A stretch of 64,000 bases of DNA from Syntrophobacterales bacterium (GTDB taxonomy: Bacteria; Desulfobacterota; Desulfobaccia; Desulfobaccales; 0-14-0-80-60-11): contig JAGVAH010000161.1 in NCBI GenBank assembly GCA_020060385.1, forward strand, positions 8,162 to 72,161. Direction: 5' to 3'. The notes beneath the pieces are model-generated. The model was not told the DNA's origin and ran no database searches. It saw only the letters and a list, made by a program, of their open reading frames with translations. Below, piece by piece: positions 38,419-46,648 of this stretch. The translations under genes were made by a program, and so were the position numbers. How positions within the stretch are numbered: the stretch's first letter is position 1; each line of letters starts with the position of its first letter.

Positions 38419-39690
38419 ATGAAGAAACTGGTAATTTTGGGCAGCGGCACCGGCGGCACCATTATCGCCGCCAAGATGCGGGCATTATTATCCGAAACCC
38501 AATGGGAAATCACCATCATCGACCGGGACTGGCAGCACCACTACCAACCCGGATGGCTCTTCATTCCCTTTGGTATTTACACCGCCCAGGACTGCGTCAA
38601 ACCCAAGGTCAAATATATCCCGCCAGGGGTCAAATTTGTGCTGGATGAAATAACCGCCATCGATCCGGCCCAAAAGCAGGTAAAGACCAAGAGGGACACC
38701 TACCCCTATGATTGGCTGGTGATTGCCACCGGCTGCCGCCTCGTCCCCGAAGAAGTGGAGGGCATGATGGAAGGCTGGGGGCGGGATATCCACAATTTTT
38801 ATTCCCAGGACGGCGCGGTGGCCCTGTATGAGAAACTGAAATACTTCGAGAAGGGCCGGGTGGTCATTAATATCGCCGAATTGCCCTTCAAGTGTCCGGT
38901 AGCCCCCCTGGAATTCGCCTTTATGGCCGACTGGTATTTCACGGTCAACGGGGTGCGGCCCCATATCGAGATCGAGCTGGTGACCCCCCTGGGCGCGGCC
39001 TTCACCAAACCGGTGGCCGCCGGGATCTTGGGCCATATCTGCGAGCAGAAAAATATCAAGGTGACCACCAACTACCAGATCGCCCAGGTGAATGCAGGCA
39101 AAAAAACCATCGTCTCCTACGGGGGGGAGGAGGTCCCTTATGATCTCCTGGTGGCCATCCCTCCGAATTTCGGGGCCCAGTGCCTCATCGACAGCGGCCT
39201 GGGGGACCCCATGGGTTACATGGATACCGACCACCACACCTTGCAGGCCAAGAACTACGACCATGTCTATGTGATTGGCGATGCCACCAACGTTCCCACT
39301 TCCAAGGCCGGGGCCGTGGCCCACTATGAGGCCGACACCATCGCCGCCAACCTGCAGCGGGAGATCGACGGCCAGCCGCCCCGGCCCGATTACGACGGCC
39401 ACGCCACCTGACTGGTGGTCACCGGTTACGAGAAGGGGTCCCTTCTCGACTTCAACTACAAAATTGAGCCCCTGCCGGGGAAATTCCCCTTTCCGGGCCT
39501 CGGCCCCATGGACCTCCTGAAGGAAAGCTTTGCCAATTATGTCGCCAAGATGATGTTCCGGTGGGTCTATTACAACCTGATGCTCAAGGGCAGCCATCTG
39601 CCCCTGGAAACCCAGTTTGTCATGGCCGGGAAGGTGCGGGGTATTTTGTCCCCGGATATCGAGATGCCCCTCAGGAGGAAACGGCCATGA
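38419..39690 (+). CDS. SQR-like NAD(P)/FAD-dependent oxidoreductase, read through an in-frame TGA (39409-39411). Selenocysteine candidate, or a disrupted gene.
   Basis: The ATG at 38419 (MKKLVILGSGTGGTIIAAKM, FAD GxGxxG) follows AAGGAAGG. ORF-track pieces 38305..39411 and 39415..39690 are in the same frame, separated only by TGA plus CTG. The second piece (..TGYEKGSLLDFNYKIEPLPGKFPFPGLGP..) has no RBS or ATG of its own. The downstream gene is ATGA-coupled to the end of the second piece. Confidence 0.7.
39429..39448 (+). promoter_or_regulatory. Candidate bacterial SECIS-like hairpin
   Basis: CGAGAAGG-GGUC-CCUUCUCG forms a perfect 8-bp stem. It starts 18 nt after the UGA, and the apical loop GGUC lies at +29..+32 from the U of UGA. 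Confidence 0.45.
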
Positions 39691-40286
39691 CCAACGAGGA
39701 ACTGCTATTGGAAAGGCTGGCCCGCATCGAGGAAAGGCTGGAAGGGGTCGCCCGGGTGGAGCAGCAGCTTGAGGAGTGGGCCAGACCTTGGGAATCCCTG
39801 AGTGACCTGGGCCGGGATCTCTCCATCCTCATGGACCCGGCCGCCAGGAGGTTGACCGAAGAACTGGTGGAAGTGGAAATAGGCTTCCAGTTGGAGGACT
39901 TCTTTGCTCTCCTCAAACGGCTCCTTCCCAGTCTCAGATACCTCACCTGGGGCATGGAACAGTTGGAAAACCTCATCGACTGGTGGGCCGATATGGAGCC
40001 GGTGTTGAAAGTCGCGGTGCCCAAGATGATCGACCGGTTGGATGTCCTGGAGCAGCAGCGGGTATTCAGTAGTTTTGCCAGGATCTTTTCGGTGGAGATG
40101 CTCCAGTTCATGGGCAGGCTTTCGGAGGTGGCCCTGGCCGCGCGTCTGGAGGAGGCCAAACCCCGGGGGCCCTTGGGACTGCTCTGGCAGATGCGGAGCC
40201 CGGAATGCCGCCGGGGGCTGGGGGTCCTCCTGGAGCTGACCCGGGCCCTGGGCCGGATGCAGCCGGAGCCCGCAACGGCCCCTTAG
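39687..40286 (+). CDS. DUF1641-like protein
   Basis: MTNEELLLERLARIEERLEG..., with C-terminal ...GPLGLLWQMRSPECRRGLGVLLELTRALG matching my memory of the DUF1641 C-terminal motif. Its ATG overlaps the upstream stop (ATGA). This family commonly follows SQR-like flavoprotein genes. Confidence 0.72.
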   Translation: MTNEELLLERLARIEERLEGVARVEQQLEEWARPWESLSDLGRDLSILMDPAARRLTEELVEVEIGFQLEDFFALLKRLLPSLRYLTWGMEQLENLIDWWADMEPVLKVAVPKMIDRLDVLEQQRVFSSFARIFSVEMLQFMGRLSEVALAARLEEAKPRGPLGLLWQMRSPECRRGLGVLLELTRALGRMQPEPATAP

Positions 40287-40524
40287 TCCGGTCCGGAAAA
40301 GGCGTGGGCAGGGGAAGGGGCCGGGGGCCGGGGCCCCTGCCTCTTCCCCGAAATTCCTTGTTACTGCCTTGATTCTCCAGGGTAAGGGTAGTTTGAGTTA
40401 AAGACAAAAATAAATCAAAGTCCCAACTTATTCTTGACACGGACAAAATAGGTCCTAGAATTTATGAATGGGAAAAGGTGCGGTATTTCTTTCCACCTAA
40501 GCGCTTAGCGAAAGGAGCCCATAA

Positions 40525-41046
40525 ATGGTACGCACCGCAAAATGGTCTACAGTCCTGGCGTTGTCAGTCTTAGCGGTTTTTTTGGTAATCACCTCTTCAG
40601 CCTTTGCCCAACCCCGGATTATGTCGCAGGATGTCTATACCCCTCTAGCCAAAGGGTATGATTTGATGCGGGACGGCAAATATGTTGCCGCTGAAGCCGA
40701 GTTCAAATCGGCCTTGAGCAAGGACCGCTATAACCCCTTTGCCCTGAATAATCTGGCAGCCATCAAGACTCAGGAAGGCAAGCTGAAAGAGGCCATGGCT
40801 TACCTGACGGACGCGCAGGCCCATGCGAAAGATTATCTCGATAAGTACCAGGAAGTCTGCTTTACCGGCGGCCTCTGCACGGGCGTCAAACCTGTGAAAG
40901 TGTTGGGCAATGAGAGCGCCATTGCCAAAGTGGTGGCCGAGAATATGGCGAAGCTGAAGGCCAAAATCGCCGCCACCCCCGAAAAGCCGGTGCCCTCAAC
41001 CCCTCCTCCCATGGAGAAAGTGCCAGTCGAAAAGAAAGGCAAGTAA
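40525..41046 (+). CDS. Exported hypothetical protein (TPR-like helix pair)
   Basis: 173 aa with signal peptide ...LAVFLVITSSAFAQP. AAAGGAG RBS. Confidence 0.65.
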   Translation: MVRTAKWSTVLALSVLAVFLVITSSAFAQPRIMSQDVYTPLAKGYDLMRDGKYVAAEAEFKSALSKDRYNPFALNNLAAIKTQEGKLKEAMAYLTDAQAHAKDYLDKYQEVCFTGGLCTGVKPVKVLGNESAIAKVVAENMAKLKAKIAATPEKPVPSTPPPMEKVPVEKKGK

Positions 41047-41194
41047 GACGGCTTCCCTTAACTCTGGTTAATTGTAGCCGCTCCTTTTCCCTGCTGTCCA
41101 GACTTTACCGTGATTTTGTACCTCCGAGAGGCCAGGGCGGGTATCCCGCCCCGGCCTTTTCCTTTTCCTTGGACATCTTCAAGTCTATGGTTTC

Positions 41195-41316
41195 ATACCA
41201 TTTCGCAATCAAAAGACATTGAACTGTAGGGGCGAATCTTGTATTCGCCCTGTGCGGGCGGGCGAACCCAAGGTTCGCTCCTACAAGAAAATTGCCGTTA
41301 GATTGCGACTTGGTAT
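41195..41316. mobile_element. MITE-like element, shorter/degenerate copy
   Basis: The right TIR gccgttagattgcgacttggtat (41294-41316) is near-identical to 60756-60778. The left TIR ataccatttcgcaatcaaaagac (41195-41217) is degenerate. Internal hairpins are GGGCGAA-tcttgta-TTCGCCC and GGCGAACC-caa-GGTTCGC. Confidence 0.6.
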
Positions 41317-41593
41317 CAGTTATTACTCGGAGTAAGAACTCATCTGCATTTACTGTCATTCTGAGGCCCCGCAGGGGCCGCAGAATCTAGGCCCTTACCT
41401 TCGTTCAGGATGACATACTGGTTTTGGGAAGAGCTCTCAAGCTGCCGTCAAAGAGAATTTTGGCTGGAGGCGCCTCCTTATGTCCGTCCTTGGCTGGCGC
41501 AGACCTGGGTAAGCCCCGATAACAGTACTTTGCTTTATGCCTCGGACTAGCCTATAATTTTCTCATCTCTGCGCTTCTGGTAGAAAAGAAACC

Positions 41594-41854
41594 ATGCTCT
41601 ACACCACCCAAAAAGGCGAATCCTTCGACCTGGAGAAAGATTTCTCCGGGCCGGAGCGCCACATCCTCCAAAAATTGTTGCTCTGGCGGGACCTGGCCGC
41701 CAGCGTGGAGGAATTCCGCCGTAAGAAGCAGGAGGCCCTAAATAAGGGCTGGGGGGATTCCGGCCCGGTCCCGGCCAGCCGCAATATGCAAGTCCTTACC
41801 AAGGACCTGGAGGAAGAGGTGGCCCGGCGTCTCCGGGCGGCGCAGCAGGATTAA
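41594..41854 (+). CDS. Hypothetical protein (86 aa)
   Basis: The ORF has coding-like composition. No family recognised. Confidence 0.5.
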   Translation: MLYTTQKGESFDLEKDFSGPERHILQKLLLWRDLAASVEEFRRKKQEALNKGWGDSGPVPASRNMQVLTKDLEEEVARRLRAAQQD

Positions 41855-41909
41855 TGTAGGGCGGGCATGGCCCGCCATAATATGCTTCTTCGACCGCCAG
41901 ACCGGCGAA

Positions 41910-42254
41910 GTGTTGACCGTCTTTCCAGAAGAGATGGACGCAGAAGATGCACAGAGGCTGGAGGCTGACCCCGATCGCTATCTGCTTATTGAGCCGGTTC
42001 CTTCTTGGATGGGCTATAATATTATGGCGGATTTCGTGGCAACCTTGCCGGAGAGTAAGGTCCGGTGGGAGTTAGATAAGGCGCTCCAGCAAAATAGGCC
42101 CGTCCGCAGCTTCAAAGATGTATTGCTCAAATACCCTTTGGAGCAGGAGGCCTGGTTTCGTTTCCATGAACAAGCCTTCATCAAAATTATCCTGGAATGG
42201 CTGGTGGATCACGGCGTGCATGTAATTCTCGTGCCCTTGCTGCCGCAGCCATAA
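41910..42254 (+). CDS. UPF0158-like protein. The start is uncertain.
   Basis: 114 aa from a GTG start. The in-frame sequence upstream (..CFFDRQTGEV) has no start codon and is preceded by a GC hairpin (41860-41876). Family call from memory. Confidence 0.5.
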   Translation: MLTVFPEEMDAEDAQRLEADPDRYLLIEPVPSWMGYNIMADFVATLPESKVRWELDKALQQNRPVRSFKDVLLKYPLEQEAWFRFHEQAFIKIILEWLVDHGVHVILVPLLPQP

Positions 42255-42350
42255 TCTCTGGCGGGCTCAGAGGCCCATCCCAGCTTTACAAAGCAATTCA
42301 CTATCAGGCTCAGGCTCAAGACTGAGGCCACATTCTTCAGAGACCAAACC

Positions 42351-43460
42351 TTGTCCCACTTTCTTCCCGCCGCCCAGCAATTCACCCCCCAGGGCCGGGT
42401 CCTGGAGGTCCGGGAATACGGCCAGGGCAATGTCAACGACACCTTCCTGGTGACCCTGGCGGGCGCGCATACCAAAAATTTCATCCTGCAGCGCCTCAAT
42501 ACCCGGGTCTTTCCCCACCCGGAACTGATCATGCAGAACCTGCGCGTCTTTACCGCGCACCTGCATGGGCGTCTGCCCAGGGAGCCTCTGCCCCCGGGCC
42601 GCCGCTGGGAAGTGCCCGCAGTGCTCCTGACCCTGGACGGGGCTGACCATTGGCTTGATCCGGGGGGGTCCTTCTGGCGGGCCCTCAGCTTTATTGACCA
42701 CGCCCAGTCTTACGACACCATCCAGGACCTGGAGCACGCCCGGGAAGTGGGCTATGCCCTGGGCCTGTTCCACCATCTTCTCAGCGACCTGTCCCCGGAA
42801 AGACTGGCGGACACCCTCCCCGGGTTTCATATCATCACCTCATATTTGCGGCACTATGATGGCGTCAATGCCCAAAACCCCGGCAAGAGGTCCCCGGAAG
42901 CGGACCTTTGTCACCGCTTTATCAAAGAGCGCCGGGGTGGGGCCGGGGTCCTGGAAGAGGCCAAGGCCCAGGGGAAGCTGCCCCTCCGGGCCATCCACGG
43001 CGATCCCAAGGTGAACAACGTCCTGCTGGATCAGGCCACCGGCCGGGCCGTGGGCCTGGTGGACCTGGACACGGTCAAACCCGGCCTGGTGCACTATGAT
43101 CTGGGGGACTGCCTCCGCTCCGGGGGCAACCCCCTGGGGGAAGAAACCGATGATTGGCAGAAAGTGCGCTTTGCTCTGGACATCTGCCGGGCCCTCCTTC
43201 AGGGCTACCTTTCCCGGGCCCGGGACTTCTTCACCGCCGCTGACTATGACTATCTCTATGAGGCCATCCGTCTCCTGACCTGGGAACTGGGGCTGCGCTT
43301 CTTTACCGATTATTTGGCGGGAAATGTCTATTTCAAGGCGAAGGGGCCGGAACATAACCTGGCCCGGGCCCTGGTGCAGTTTCAGCTGGCCGCGAGCATC
43401 GAATCCCAGGAAGGGGCCATCAGGGGCATCATCAAGGAATTATCTAAAGGAGGGCGCTAA
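42351..43460 (+). CDS. APH-fold sugar/small-molecule kinase, N-acetylhexosamine 1-kinase (NahK)-like
   Basis: 369 aa with GQGNVNDTF, ILQRLNTRVFP, the catalytic loop IHGDPKVNNVLLD, VDLDTVKPG, and C-terminal ...FFTDYLAGNVYFKAKGPEHNL.... These align well by eye with NahK-family proteins. Confidence 0.8.
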   Translation: MSHFLPAAQQFTPQGRVLEVREYGQGNVNDTFLVTLAGAHTKNFILQRLNTRVFPHPELIMQNLRVFTAHLHGRLPREPLPPGRRWEVPAVLLTLDGADHWLDPGGSFWRALSFIDHAQSYDTIQDLEHAREVGYALGLFHHLLSDLSPERLADTLPGFHIITSYLRHYDGVNAQNPGKRSPEADLCHRFIKERRGGAGVLEEAKAQGKLPLRAIHGDPKVNNVLLDQATGRAVGLVDLDTVKPGLVHYDLGDCLRSGGNPLGEETDDWQKVRFALDICRALLQGYLSRARDFFTAADYDYLYEAIRLLTWELGLRFFTDYLAGNVYFKAKGPEHNLARALVQFQLAASIESQEGAIRGIIKELSKGGR

Positions 43461-43504
43461 GGGCCGCAGGCCTGACCTGCGACTGCCATCCCGGGCCCAA
43501 AGCT

Positions 43505-43532
43505 AAAAAAGGGCCGGATATCTCTCCGGCCC
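43505..43532 (-). terminator. Rho-independent terminator downstream of the tRNA 3' end. It could also serve the plus-strand kinase gene.
   Basis: The hairpin is GGGCCGGA-tatctc-TCCGGCCC (43511-43532). On the minus strand it is followed by T6 (the A-run 43505-43510 on plus). Confidence 0.6.
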
Positions 43533-43544
43533 CTGGCAATTACT

Positions 43545-43590
<46 letters not shown>

Positions 43591-43672
43591 ACTAAGGGAA
43601 ATATTTACCCCACCTTACCCGCCTATCATAAACCCCATTAAGTTCTTTCATAATTCCGTCTTCTCTTTCTCC

Positions 43673-43700
43673 TTGACTTACTCAATTTTACCTATATATT
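43673..43700 (+). promoter_or_regulatory. Candidate sigma70 promoter for the integrase gene
   Basis: TTGACT (43673-43678), a 16-nt spacer, then TATATT (43695-43700). Confidence 0.3.
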
Positions 43701-43708
43701 GCTCTCAG

Positions 43709-43732
43709 GTGTGGGGAATAGTGTGGGGAATG
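43709..43732 (+). repeat. Tandem 12-bp direct repeat GTGTGGGGAAT(A/G) x2 overlapping the int RBS region
   Basis: 43709-43720 reads gtgtggggaata and 43721-43732 reads gtgtggggaatg. The pair lies between the candidate promoter and the int ATG (43749). Confidence 0.6.
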
Positions 43733-43748
43733 GAAGGAGGGCCTGTCC

Positions 43749-44909
43749 ATGCCAAGTTTAAAGAGGTTCAAGACGAATTACCCTGGCGTGTTCTTTATCG
43801 AGGGGACCTCCCCGACGACAGGCAAGCCAGAGAAGATTTTTTATATCCGCTATCGCAAGGCCGGGAAGATGATTGAGGAAAAGGCGGGGCGGCAATTCGA
43901 TGATGACATGACCCCAGCCCGGGCCTCCTTAATCCGGGGAGAGCGGGCGCAAGGAAAGAAACCGACCCGACAAGAGGCCAGGGAGCAACGGAAAGCGGCT
44001 AAACAGGCAGAGGCCGCACGATGGACAATCAATCGCCTGTGGCAGGAATACCGGGACCGAAGACCAGGGCTCAAGGGCTTAATCACCGATGAAAACCGCT
44101 ATCAAAACCACATCAAGCCTATCCTGGGGGACAGGGAGCCCCACACTCTTACCCCGTTTGACGTGGACCGGCTACGCCTTAAACTTCTCAAAACCCGCAA
44201 GCCCGGCACGGTTAAAAACGTCCTGGAACTCTTGCGCCGCCTGGTGAATTTCGCCGCTAAGAAGCACCTCTGCCCTGTTCCTTCCTTCATTATCGAAATG
44301 CCCAAGGTAAATAATCTGAAGACTGAAGACCTTAATCCGGATCAGCTGGCCGCCCTTCTGGAGGCCATGGACCGGGACCCTAATTTGCAGGCCGCCAATT
44401 TCATGAAAATGGCCCTGTTCACTGGCATGAGGCGGGGAGAACTCTTCCGGCTGCAATGGCAGGACGTGGATTTTGAGCGGGGCTTTATTCATCTGCGCAC
44501 CCCTAAGGGCGGCCAGGATCAGAAGATACCTTTGAACCAAGCGGCCCGGGAACTCCTGGAGGCGCACCCCAGGACTGACGGCAGCCGTTATGTCTTCCCC
44601 GGGCGCGGGGGACGGCAACGCACAGACATCAATAAGCAGGTGACACGCATTAAAGAGGCGGGGGGTCTGCCTAGGGACTTCCGGGCGCTCCACGGCCTGC
44701 GGCACGTTTACGCGTCCATGCTGGCCTCTTCCGGCCAGGTGGACCTTTACACCCTGCAAAAGCTCCTGACCCACAAGAGCGCGGCCATGACCCAGAGATA
44801 CGCCCACCTGCGGGATGACGCCCTGCGCCGGGCCTCGGACCTGGCCGGGGACCTGTTAGGGCAGGTGGTCAACGGCAAACAGCGGAAAATCGCCAACTTG
44901 GAGGAATAG
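43749..44909 (+). CDS. int: Tyrosine recombinase / phage-type integrase
   Basis: 386 aa. The C-terminal catalytic region has ...MRRGELFRLQW..., ...HGLRHVYASML... and ...LLTHKSAAMTQRYAHL (R..HxxR..Y pattern). GGAAGGAGG RBS. Confidence 0.92.
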   Translation: MPSLKRFKTNYPGVFFIEGTSPTTGKPEKIFYIRYRKAGKMIEEKAGRQFDDDMTPARASLIRGERAQGKKPTRQEAREQRKAAKQAEAARWTINRLWQEYRDRRPGLKGLITDENRYQNHIKPILGDREPHTLTPFDVDRLRLKLLKTRKPGTVKNVLELLRRLVNFAAKKHLCPVPSFIIEMPKVNNLKTEDLNPDQLAALLEAMDRDPNLQAANFMKMALFTGMRRGELFRLQWQDVDFERGFIHLRTPKGGQDQKIPLNQAARELLEAHPRTDGSRYVFPGRGGRQRTDINKQVTRIKEAGGLPRDFRALHGLRHVYASMLASSGQVDLYTLQKLLTHKSAAMTQRYAHLRDDALRRASDLAGDLLGQVVNGKQRKIANLEE

Positions 44910-44913
44910 AGAG

Positions 44914-45147
44914 ATGGAACCGGGAAACCTGGAAAACCTGGTGGAGAAGGTGAAGGCTATCGCCCACGGCCCTAATGCCGACCTGTTGGAAAAATTCATT
45001 GACTTGCTTTATGGGCAGGAGATGGAGGAAGAATATTTCTCCCCAGAAGACTTGGCCGCCATTGAGGAAGGCATGAAAGCAAGTCTGAGCGGGGATCGTT
45101 CGCAATTCATCCCTTGGGAAGAATATAAAGCCAGGCGGGGCTTATGA
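44914..45147 (+). CDS. Putative antitoxin of the RelE/ParE module
   Basis: 77 aa and acidic. It overlaps the toxin start by 4 nt (ATGA). It is a paralogue of 45417..45635. Confidence 0.65.
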   Translation: MEPGNLENLVEKVKAIAHGPNADLLEKFIDLLYGQEMEEEYFSPEDLAAIEEGMKASLSGDRSQFIPWEEYKARRGL

Positions 45148-45404
45148 TCTACCGGATAGAACTTCACCGGGAAGCGGAAAAGACCCTTGACCGACTGGAC
45201 CGGACTACCGCCAGGCGCATCGAAGCCAAGATAGACGAACTGATCCAGGACCCTTTCAATCCCCGCCTGTCCCGCCAAATGGAGACGGATCCAGAAGCCC
45301 GGTACTCCCGGGTGGGAGACTGGCGGATCATCTACCGAGTGAACGAGGCGGCGGGAACCCTGGACATTGCGGCTATCCGGCCCCGGAGTTCGGCCTACAA
45401 ATAG
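45144..45404 (+). CDS. RelE/ParE-family type II toxin
   Basis: 86 aa reading MIYRIELHREAEKTLDRLDRTTARRIEAKIDELIQDP...RYSRVGDWRIIYRVNEAAGTLDIAAIRPRSSAY, which fits the RelE/ParE pattern (YRLRVGDYRIIY-like). Confidence 0.85.
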   Translation: MIYRIELHREAEKTLDRLDRTTARRIEAKIDELIQDPFNPRLSRQMETDPEARYSRVGDWRIIYRVNEAAGTLDIAAIRPRSSAYK

Positions 45405-45416
45405 AGGAGGCGGTTT

Positions 45417-45635
45417 ATGGACCCCCCGCTTATTGACAAAGACCTATTGGCCATGATCGAAGCTATTAACCAAGGCCCCAACCGGGATGCTTTGAGAAAG
45501 TTCGTGGAATTTCTTTATGAAGAACAAGAGGAACTTACCCCAGAGGAATGGCGGGCCATCCGGGAGGGTCAGGAAGACGCCAGGCAGGGCCGGGTGATTA
45601 CTCTGAAAGAGTATGAAAAGGCCCGGGGCCTGTGA
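45417..45635 (+). CDS. Second, orphan antitoxin-like paralogue
   Basis: 72 aa. GPNRDALRKFVEFLYEEQEELTPEEWRAIREG...LKEYEKARGL compares with GPNADLLEKFIDLLYGQEMEEEYFSPEDLAAIEEG...WEEYKARRGL in 44914..45147. No toxin ORF follows. Confidence 0.6.
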   Translation: MDPPLIDKDLLAMIEAINQGPNRDALRKFVEFLYEEQEELTPEEWRAIREGQEDARQGRVITLKEYEKARGL

Positions 45636-45737
45636 GCTTCCTGAGTGACCTTTGCCAAGAGGAAGTATGGCAAACCAGTGGCTATCTGAATCTAAGGGAC
45701 TAGAAGATAGCTGATCGGGAAGGGAATAAGGAAAGCC

Positions 45738-45875
45738 ATGGAATATTGGCTGACAGCGGCTGGCGGCTTTCTTGCCGGGGCCGGCCTGATTTTCTGGGTG
45801 CGATTCGATTGCCTGAGAAAAATGCAACGGCTAATTGATATGCACAGGCGTCTCTGTCCTTGGCGGAGACAGTGA
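45738..45875 (+). CDS. Possible 45-aa single-TM peptide
   Basis: Below the ORF-track cutoff. AAGGAAAG lies 3 nt upstream of the ATG. The sequence is MEYWLTAAGGFLAGAGLIFWVRFDCLRKMQRLIDMHRRLCPWRRQ, one hydrophobic helix plus a basic tail. Confidence 0.3.
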   Translation: MEYWLTAAGGFLAGAGLIFWVRFDCLRKMQRLIDMHRRLCPWRRQ

Positions 45876-45981
45876 ACACGGCTATCCGGCCCCTGGGGGC
45901 CAGAAGATAGCGGGCCAGCCTGGGTGCAGCACCACCTGGCCGGCCCTACCACCACACAAACCTGCAAAGGAGGTTCATGTC

Positions 45982-46539
45982 ATGGCTGATGAACATTTTA
46001 CCACAGGTTCTGAAGAGAATAAACCTCAGGACCCATCTGCTGAGGCCATAACCCAGGTCTGCGAAGAATGCGGTGAGGAAATGAAAGCCCGGCCCGGCAA
46101 GACAATCGGCTATGTCTGTGAAAAAATACAGATGAGAGCGGAAAAGGAAGAAGAAATCAAGAAGCAGGAGGAAGCAATCAAGCAGAAGATTGTTATGGAA
46201 AACACTTACTCCATAGGTCTCGTGGATCTTCTCTTAGATACCACCCATAATCTTCAATCGTTTTGCAAGATACTCGACATCGGCGGCCCGGAATGTGAGG
46301 AATATGATCAAATTTTTCAGGTTCTCAAGCCCCTCATAGAGTGCCAGCACGCAACCCTTGAAAAAATAGGGGTATTTATTTTTAATGCTATTGGAGATAT
46401 TCAAATCTTGGTTTGCAACGAGGTCATGCAAGTTGATGGCAAATCCTATAGGGAGGGGGAATTCTATAAAGCCGAATTGAAACCAAAAGAGGCCCCACCA
46501 TTACCAAGACTATATAAACTGGCCGAATCTCCGGCTTAG
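45982..46539 (+). CDS. Hypothetical protein (island cargo), N-terminal CxxC...C element
   Basis: AAGGAGG lies 8 nt upstream of the ATG at 45982. 185 aa, AT-richer than the host genes. It has VCEECGEEM...YVCEK followed by a Lys/Glu-rich helix. No family recognised. Confidence 0.65.
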   Translation: MADEHFTTGSEENKPQDPSAEAITQVCEECGEEMKARPGKTIGYVCEKIQMRAEKEEEIKKQEEAIKQKIVMENTYSIGLVDLLLDTTHNLQSFCKILDIGGPECEEYDQIFQVLKPLIECQHATLEKIGVFIFNAIGDIQILVCNEVMQVDGKSYREGEFYKAELKPKEAPPLPRLYKLAESPA

Positions 46540-46648
46540 ACTAACTTAAAAAGTTCCAAAGATAGGGAGCGCGACCCGACAAGGGGGGGATTTCCTGACC
46601 CTGCCTTCCCCGGATTCCCCCCCAGGACCGCGACAGGAGGCGGTTCAC

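Noticed and set aside
41105-41359. 84-aa minus-strand ORF (..VGANLGFARPHRANTRFAPT..)
   Set aside because: It is a translation of the GC-hairpin repeat/MITE-like element. The same peptide-like strings arise wherever this repeat occurs, for example around 60660-60745.
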